Origin: Octopus vulgaris
Taxonomy: Eukaryota
Reading direction: 5' to 3'
DNA: 64,000 nt
NCBI GenBank assembly: GCA_951406725.2
Contig: OX597825.1
Coordinates: 36,890,001-36,954,000, forward strand
Positions within the stretch are counted from its first letter, which is position 1. Every line of letters starts with the position of its first letter. Positions 55,540 through 64,000 of the stretch are shown one piece after another. The notes beneath the pieces were generated by a model, which was given only the letters and a program-made list of their open reading frames with translations, was not told where the DNA came from and did no database searches. Both the position numbers and the translations under genes were made by a program.

Positions 55540-57370
55540 GCAATGGTTCTCAATCATTTTTTTGTCTGTGGACCCTTTTGATTCCTATTTTACTCTACTG
55601 GCTCCTCATAACCTGTTGTGGAAGGATTCCGACCAACCCGCCAAGTAATTAGATATTGACTGACTCATTGTTATGAAATAAAGAACTGTGAGCGATTGGA
55701 AGTTCGCATTGGTAAGCAGTTCACTGTGAGCCGTTGATTGAGAGTGTTGAGTCTCGTATTGCGTTTTGTAAATATTTCTTTCCCCCTGCTTCGTTAAGTT
55801 ATATGTTCAACACCAGGATATAAAAGTAGCGACGTGGCTGAGATAAAAAATCTTTCGTGTAACATCATATGTGAACTAGCAGTTACTTTACAAGACAAAA
55901 TTAAAATCGGAAAACGATAAATTGATTTTAAAAAATGGAAGAAATACTGAAGACTAAAAGAGATAACATTATGCACAGCACAAATGCAAACCAATTCGCG
56001 ATGTGTGAGAATGTGTTGATGTGTGCACAAAGAGTCGTACTGCTAACCACACTACAAAAGATATTATTAAAGACATTTCACATTGGTTACCCAAATATTT
56101 CGAGAATGTAATCGTTAATGAGAAGTTATGTATTTTGGCCAACAAAGGACCGTGAAAACATGCAGAAGGTGTACCTTAGCTGAAAAAGCACCTACTACTA
56201 AATGGCAACCGTGGCCAAAAACAGATATTCCATGGTTCATACTACGTGTTGATTACGCAGGTGGGGCACATTATCCTGTATAGTATTCCTGGTACCATTG
56301 TGCCTCATAATGGAACTCAATTTACGTCAGACGAGTTCAGAAAATTTTGTAAAATGTTCGTCAACGGTCAAATGGACAAGCGGAGCGTTTTGTTAACACT
56401 TCCAAGAGGTCATTGAAAAAGGCGATGTAAAGGAGTAATAAAGTAATGGACGATCTTGCATTTCAGCAGTTTCTAAGAGTGTACCGAGTAACATCACCCG
56501 AATGGAATGTCACCCGAAGAATTGATGCTTGCAAGAAAGATCAGATCCGTTTTTGATACGCTCATACCGAGCGAAAATAGAACAACAGACATACTTTAAA
56601 ATTCTTCAAGTAGGTGACAAAGTTCTTTTTTAAAACCTAAAGATATGGTAAAGAAATTTGGGAGGACGTTGTAATAATTAAACAAACTGGAAGAATGTTA
56701 TTCCTGTTAAAAGATAAAACTGCCGAACATAAAAGACATATTAACCAACTTAAAAAATAGATTCACAGAAAAAACAGTCACGAAAAATGAAATCTATATA
56801 GAAGTATTGTACAACGCGTTTGAGGTACTAACACTCAAACAATTTGGAACTACACGTTCTACACGTTCTAGCAGCAGAAAACGAAAAAAAAAACAGGAAC
56901 ATTGGGATTGAACCCTAAGCATAAGAGATATTAAAACTGAGCGGAGTTTAATTCTCAAAAGGGGAGAAGTTAGGGGAGTCTAATTTTAAAGCGGGGAGAT
57001 GTTGTGGAAGGATTCCGACCAACCCACCAAATGACTAAAGGTGGATTGACTCATTGTTATAAAATAAAGAACTGTGAGCGATTGGCGGTTCGCTGGTTAG
57101 CAGTTCACTGTTGATTGGAAACGGTGTGTCCCGTGTAAAAGTAATCGTATTGCGTTGTGTAAATATTTTCCTCCTTGTTTCGATAAATTATATATCCAAC
57201 ATCAGGATATTAAATAACCACTCAGTGCTTAAAAAAAATCCTATTATATTTTTATAATTAAATATTATTAGGAATTGTATAAAACACTTTTGTGTATTGT
57301 AGAAGTATAACCGATAAATTATAAGAACAAAAAATACTATGTGGGCCCCCAAGGGCCATATGGACCTATA
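55540..57370. mobile_element. hAT-like MITE interrupted by the LTR element
   Basis: Left part begins caatggttctcaa...tggaccc; resumes after 57219 and ends ...cccccaagggccatatggacc (right TIR not seen). Confidence 0.5.
55614..57214 (+). mobile_element. Internally deleted Gypsy LTR retrotransposon (LTRs ~55614-55824 and ~57000-57214, integrase remnant)
   Basis: Direct repeats starting tgttgtggaaggattccgaccaaccc; PBS-like tagcgacg; PPT aaagcggggaga; TSD taacc (55609-55613 / 57215-57219); MRSYVFWP, RVDYAG, NGTQFTSDEF, GQAERFV motifs. Confidence 0.88.
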
Positions 57371-57599
57371 GACACAAGACCTGATATTTTGAAGGAGGGA
57401 TGTAGCCGATTGCATCGACTCCTGTGCTCAACAAGTACTTATTCTATCGACCCCTAAAGGATGAAAGACAAAGTCGACCTCGGCAGAAAATGATGCTAAG
57501 CATTTCGCTCGCCGTACTAACGGTTCTGCCACCTCTCTGCCTAACTCTTTAATATGAATAATACCAAAATTATCTCAAGTTCTACTCCCTGGAGATATT

Positions 57600-60500
57600 T
57601 CCAAGACAGTTCGGCGAAGTCGAGCCCCATTTAAGATTGAGGCCCTCGCAGTGTAACATTTAATGATTATCCGTCACTACGAGAACTTCTCTGTCTTTCC
57701 CACTTAATTTAGTAGAATAGAGGTAAAGGTTACAATACCGGCAGTTCTACCAGACCTGGAATCCTAATGGAAATTGTTATTCATGGTGTTAGAGAGGAGT
57801 GAAAAATTGTGAAAGAAATGGTAGGAAATCACACCGAGGATCCTTTTCCAAATAAAGCCTGGGCGTCTGGAAAGAATCTCAAACCGACCTCACCTCCCTG
57901 TTGGATGGGCAGAACTAAGGGTAATTGTGGTGGTCAGACGACTGAGGAGGTCATTTGCTTCTCGTCGGTGGAACAATTGGCCATCTCAGAGCATTCTGCT
58001 CACACAAGGAAAGAAAACAAGAAGAAAAGTGAAGAATTCCACTGATGCAACTCTATTGCTGCAACATCAACAGTGTGAAATAACAGGGGCAGTAGCATCA
58101 GTTGCAATAAGGGAAAAAGGAGGCACAATAACGGCACCTGGAATAACATCAACAATAACGACAACGACACTTTAACACCTGCAGCTGAAGCAGAAACTGT
58201 AGAAACAGCAACAGCAGAAGCACTAACATCAACATCAACTTCATCAGTAATAGCAACCGGGGTGGCGAAAAATAATGACTATAACAACATATTCACTACC
58301 CAGGGGTTATCCCAACACAGCTCTCTATCCTCTTGACTCTATTCCCGCCTTCTACATGCCCAAACACGGAAACACACACAAGAAAACATATCTTTCCCCT
58401 AGACCTTATCAGAGTTTTCTGATCATGCCTCTGGTAATGAGAAGAATAGGTTAAGAAAAGATAAAGGAAAAGGAGCAAAGCACAACACAACATCAACTTC
58501 ACGCCGACCTCAGACAACGTTGAATTCATAATAAGTGCACCATCACTATTACCATGTCCACTAACAGCAACAAAAAGAAAACAAGCAGACGAAGCAACAA
58601 CGAACACACAAGAGAAGAACCAGCTGTCAGACACAAACCAAACAACAACCAGAACAAAAACAACACCAACAAAATACACTACTCCACCGATAATAACAAT
58701 AACGACAAAGAAATTGCACCTAGATCCAACTTTGTGCTAGGAAGAAGAATAAATTATCTTAGTACAAAGTGTAAACATAGAAAGAGAGGGGAAGGATGTC
58801 AATAAAACCATGGTGAAAGTGTCGGAGTACCTAAAATTGGTAAGGCAGTCCGTAGACAGATATAAAAAATGAGAGAAAGAGAGAGTGAGAGAGAGAGAGA
58901 AAGTGTGAGAGAATGAGTGAGGGAGAGAAAGAAAGAGAGGGAGTGAGAGAGAGATGTTTTTACTTGACTTTGGGAAACTCAGAGTCACGGCCTCGAACAA
59001 TCTACTACAGGATTTCGATTGCCTCCAGGAAAAAAAGAAAACATTTAGAAAACCGTCTTTTCTTCTCCCCCCTTTCCTTACCAATAGGGTCTTTAACACC
59101 AGATTTCATAAATCCACGTGGCGTGGTGTCACTCGGGGAAAATAGTTGCTTCTTCAATGAACTCGGGTAATAGAGTTGTAGACATGATAACTTTCAGCGA
59201 GATTAGAATTTCCACCAAACGTGCGGAGGCACTCATATTTGATGACTTTGTAGCCTATGGATCTCTGAAAGGTGTGAGCTTTCAGATATAGTCGATCTAC
59301 CTGGATCCAGACGGTAAGTTGGAGGTTCTGGATGTGAGCTATAGTGAATGGGGTGCCTTCAGGCTAGTTGCTATCTGTGCACCGACAAGGGCAGGAAGAC
59401 CAGATTTCTCCAGGCGTCTTGAGGTTTTCTTCAGAAAGTCTGGCTTCTCCTTAGTGTTGGTTGATGATTGGAACGCCATCTTGGATGTACGTTTGGATTG
59501 TAAAGGACTATATAATAGGAGAGCTGGGTGAAAAACCTTGTAAACCTGTTCAGAAATTTCCATCTGCTTGACAACCGACTGGTTTTCCCGACTTCACTAA
59601 TGATGACATGAGAATATAGCATCGGGCCACCCAGGTCTTATCTAGATAGAGTATTTTGAAGATCAGTAGATAAACCTAGCATAGAGTGACCATATTTAAA
59701 AATCATTGGCTACATAAATCACAAATTGGCGATCTGTTCTGTCTGTTCGGTGGTTAGAGTAAAATGTCACCTGTCGGAAGCGTTCAATACTATGCATTCC
59801 GTCCGTCATGAGTACCCCATCTCTCTCCTATTCGCACTGATTCTAGGATCACTGCTGCCAAATTTGGAGGTTTCGAAGGGAAGCCGTGAGAACGAGGATA
59901 CGGAAGATCTGTGTTTGCATTGGCGGACGATGTCACCGTAATAGTATCGGACATCAAAAACATCGGAGTGTTCATCACTACTGAAAACGAATACTAGGCG
60001 ATATCAGTAGAAAAGAAATCAATCAGGAACAGTCGTCGGGCATGTAACTCGGTATCCAGAGAAGCAGGTCTATGCCATTCAAAAGCATCACGAGGTGCTG
60101 GACAGACAGGTTAAATTGCTCGGAATTTGTTCGGTGGGCAAGAACTGGGAAGAGATGACGAGTAAGGTGGCTCGTTTTAGCTATAAATAGGCTGAGAGGA
60201 AATTATCATTGAATGGTTAGGCGGCGGTGGCGGGTACCTACGTCACAGCCGTCATCTAATACCGACTGACTGTCGTGCCTTGACCTGCTTCATGACTGAT
60301 TAAACTGGAGTGCTTGTTCTTCCACTTTCTGTGGGCGGTCGGCCAGTTTGGCACTGGTCAAATCACTTATTTGCTTTAAACATCTGCTTGATAGAGAGGA
60401 CTAGGCATACCGTGGCCAATGATATGCAAATCTGCGCTGAGACTACTTCTCCTCCAATGTTTTCCTGGCGGTGAGCAGGTGTAGATGTCGTTTATTTTTT

Positions 60501-61297
60501 AGCAGCTAGTCTGTTGTAGTCCAGGATCAAGCGTAGACTGAAGCAGGGTACCTGGCTGCGGGGGTGGGGAATCGTCAAACGCTCACAGAAGCCTGTCAAA
60601 AGAGTAATGTGGCTAGTGAGTTCTATGGTGTTTTATAGAGAATTAGTGGTGCGACGTTTACGGGGAAAGAGCGACGTCGTCCACGGCGAAACTCAGTGAT
60701 AATTAGAATCAACTGGCTGGTCTTTTCTGGGAAAATTTTAAGCCAGGGTCCATGAATAATTTCCAGATATCTTTGACCTGGCCTGGGAAGATTGCTGGCA
60801 TGAGATGAACTCTACAGGTATAGTAGTGCCGTCACCCGGGCCTGCACATAGAAAGACATAACAATTGCAGCAGTTGTGCGGAAGGCGAGACTGAAAAGAC
60901 TAAATGAGGTATTTTCGGCCAAGCCCTTATCGACTGTTTGAAGTTCCACTTTGAAAGGAAAGTCAGTGCGGAGAGGAAGATGCTTCCTCCACTCCAGAAA
61001 TTTGTCGAAAAGTGGATGGCCCGAATGAACCGAATCTAAGCACGTATCTGTAATTCGAAAGGTACCAAAGAGAGAGAGAGAGAGAGGAGTATTTGCTATG
61101 GCACTCTTGGTGATCAGGGTTCCTCGGGATCAGTGGGGTTCCTTGCTAACCCTTGGCCGGCCTTTTCCCGCTATTGGGTAATTGTGTTGTTACAATTCTC
61201 TTGTTAATTGTTATTGTCTTTATTCTTCACACGTGTTTACGTAAATTCATATTGCCCTTTGCCTAAATGTCTTTGAGGCCCTTGTGGCCAATAAAGT
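57600..61297 (+). mobile_element. Old, deleted and mutated Tx1-like LINE related to the 25-28 kb copy
   Basis: FRLVAICAP, LVDDWNAILD, SYLDRV, ADDVTVIVS, ttgtggccaataaag 3' end; many stops. Confidence 0.78.
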
Positions 61298-61538
61298 ATT
61301 AGTATCATTATAATTTTCTTTTTTAAGTATTTATCCTTGCATCTTCTCCAAGTTTATATTCTTGATAATTGCATTAATGTTATCATACTAGCAGATTAGA
61401 ATGTGTGTGTTCTTGTTTTTTTTTTACTTTTGTTTGTTCGTTTGTTTTTGCCTTTCTTCCCTTTCTTTCTTTTCTTCTTTGTTCGTTTCGTTTCGTTTCA
61501 TTTCGTTTCTTTCTTTCTTTCTTTCTTGTCTTTTCTTG

Positions 61539-61598
<60 letters not shown>

Positions 61599-62129
61599 AT
61601 CACAGTAATATGTAAGCATTCAATGTTTGCAAAGATCAAATTTCCCCTAAACATTGCTTGAACCAATCCAGTTTTGTATAAAATCGAACATTTAATTTCT
61701 TTAAACTTTCTTCCCTTTCTTTAAGACTCTCCATCAATTGCTAGTAAGCCTTTGTTTTCTTTCTTCAATAAATAGATAAATCTGGATTAATTACAATGTT
61801 TTACACACGTCATTCAGTCTATCACCTCCACCTACTCGAATTATCTATATTCATGAAATTAGCCTACTTGAATTATTCCCGTTAGATCGCGATTTATAAT
61901 TAAGTTAAATTTTATCCTTAGGTTATGATATGTTTGTTATGCTTTATTTCCTTCTGTAACCATAGAAAACTTGAGTAATGATGCATTATGCTCATTCTAA
62001 CATTACGCTTTTTCTGCAAATCGTGAATACATAAAGATTTAAAAATATCCTCGTCTGTTGGTATCCCTTTTCTTCGTGGAACCATCGTAATTGTCAAATT
62101 AATAATTATGATAAAGGAAAAATCTCAGC

Positions 62130-62131
62130 TG

Positions 62132-62201
<70 letters not shown>

Positions 62202-62212
62202 TGATGATGATG

Positions 62213-62269
<57 letters not shown>

Positions 62270-62277
62270 TATTATTG

Positions 62278-62337
<60 letters not shown>
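62130..62337. repeat. (TAA)n microsatellite with TGA interruptions
   Basis: Direct reading. Confidence 0.97.
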
Positions 62338-62874
62338 CTGCCCTGATGCAATACCAGACAGTGGCTCCCGTGGCTTCTGATCTTAACTGATTGGAAGTGT
62401 TATCATGTACGTTGTTTTGTCTTGGCATAAAAAATAGGCTACAGCAAATATTCTGCTCACTACCACAGATTTGCTTGTCGGTTGTTGACCGTAACTATTT
62501 GAGCATGTCCCTTAGTGGCTGACAATATGTGCATCTCTGATCACGAGCAGAAGTAGTGGGGGAGCATCAAATGTGTGTTTCGTTCAACATCCTTAAACAA
62601 TCCTTATTCAGGGACCTTTTGAGCGGGATGGACTACTCGACTTGAATAAAATTGTAACTGGGCTCCACCTGCAAGGTCATGTGCTGTTTATCTTGATATG
62701 AGATCACCATGTCGCGCAGATATGGTTGTGATGCATGTGCCTGGTGTACCCTTATCAGACAGGTAGTCATGATGGGTATATTGGGCTTCGTATATTTTAC
62801 CCCAGTGTCACTTTGATGGCATGAACTCCTCTCTCACTCAATGATAATAATAATAAAAATATTATTATTATTAT

Positions 62875-62909
<35 letters not shown>

Positions 62910-63411
62910 CTGCCCTGATGCAATACCAGACAGTGGCTCCCGTGGCTTCTGATCTTAACTGATTGGAAGTGTTATCATGTACGTTGTTTTGTCTTGGCAT
63001 AAAAAATAGGCTACAGCAAATATTCTGCTCACTACCACAGATTTGCTTGTCGGTTGTTGACCTTAACTATTTGAGCATGTCCCTTAGTGGCTGACAATAT
63101 GTGCATCTCTGATCACGAGCAGAAGAAGTGGGGGAGCATCAAATGTGTGTTTCGTTCAACATCCTTAAACAATCCTTATTCAGGGACCTTTTGAGCGGGA
63201 TGGGCTACTCGACTTGAATAAAATTTTAACTGGGCCTCTCCTGCAAGGTCACGTGCTGTTTATCTTGATATGAGATCACCATGTCGCGCAGATATGGTTG
63301 TGATGCATGTGCCTGGTGTACCCTTATCAGACAGGTAGTCATGATGGGTATATTGGGCTTCGTATATTTTACCCCAGTGTCACTTTGATGGCATGCACTG
63401 CTCTCTCACTC

Positions 63412-63412
<1 letters not shown>
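62338..63412. repeat. Two tandem copies (62338-62840, 62910-63412; period 572) of a ~503-bp non-coding element bounded by (TAA)n
   Basis: Copies differ at only about a dozen positions; each is preceded and followed by TAA repeats. Confidence 0.93.
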
Positions 63413-63461
<49 letters not shown>

Positions 63462-63494
63462 TAATAATGATAATAATGATAACACCACCACCAC

Positions 63495-63526
<32 letters not shown>

Positions 63527-63543
63527 ATAATAATAATAATAAT

Positions 63544-63760
63544 CAAAGACAACAGTTATTCCTGTAGTGAGTGGTGCACTTAGCACAACATAGAAAATCT
63601 CACCTAAAAGATTGAAAGAGACTTAAAGTGAAACTCGCATTGTCGACCTCCAGAAAAATACCATTCTATATTCTGTATGAATGCTAAGAAAGATTTTTGA
63701 AATCTGAGAAGACTTGTTGCCATCAGATATCAGAATGAAATACCTGTTCACTGAAATAAT
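63544..63760 (+). pseudogene. 3' end remnant of an RLE-type (R4/Dong-like) LINE after a (TAA)/(CAA) array
   Basis: TTVIPVVSGALS ... RIVDLQKNTILYSV*MLRKIFEI* parallels TIPVIVGALG ... QEVQKIVLTGTSHVLRRSL of 1379-2191. Confidence 0.7.
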
Positions 63761-64000
63761 GTATAGTTAAAATGCCGAGAGAGAACTGACAAGAGTTTTA
63801 TAACCGAAATGGTGCATAGCCTCCGATCACAAACAAGAGTATTCCTAAAAACAGCCGAGATCAAGGATTCTTATAAGCTTGTATTGGCGCAAAAACTAAA
63901 ATAGTTTCCTTATTTGTAAGTGATTATCAAACCGACGCTAAATACGATTGGTTGCAAAATACACGAGCAGACGTGATGTTCAGGGATGTAACATAGGTAA

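Overview
Eukaryotic, AT-rich, microsatellite-saturated genomic DNA with no supportable intact host gene; the SINE families and repeat landscape resemble cephalopod (Octopus-like) DNA (inference). Most listed ORFs are microsatellite translation artefacts. Real content: a nearly intact R4/Dong-type non-LTR retrotransposon with a restriction-like endonuclease next to a (TAA)n array; a decayed Penelope-like element (RT + GIY-YIG); Tx1/L1-clade LINE copies, two of them in (TATC)n and one with a cleanly inverted RT segment; an internally deleted Gypsy LTR element with 5-bp TSD nested in a hAT-like MITE; Tc1, Gypsy, RTE and R4 remnants; several SINE and MITE families. The most notable hidden signal is about ten type I hammerhead-ribozyme motifs of several architectures (intact, minimal, and long-stem-II), three sets of which lie in inverted-repeat or palindromic structures, consistent with Penelope pseudo-LTR or retrozyme-like elements. 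All calls were read by eye; boundaries of decayed elements are approximate.
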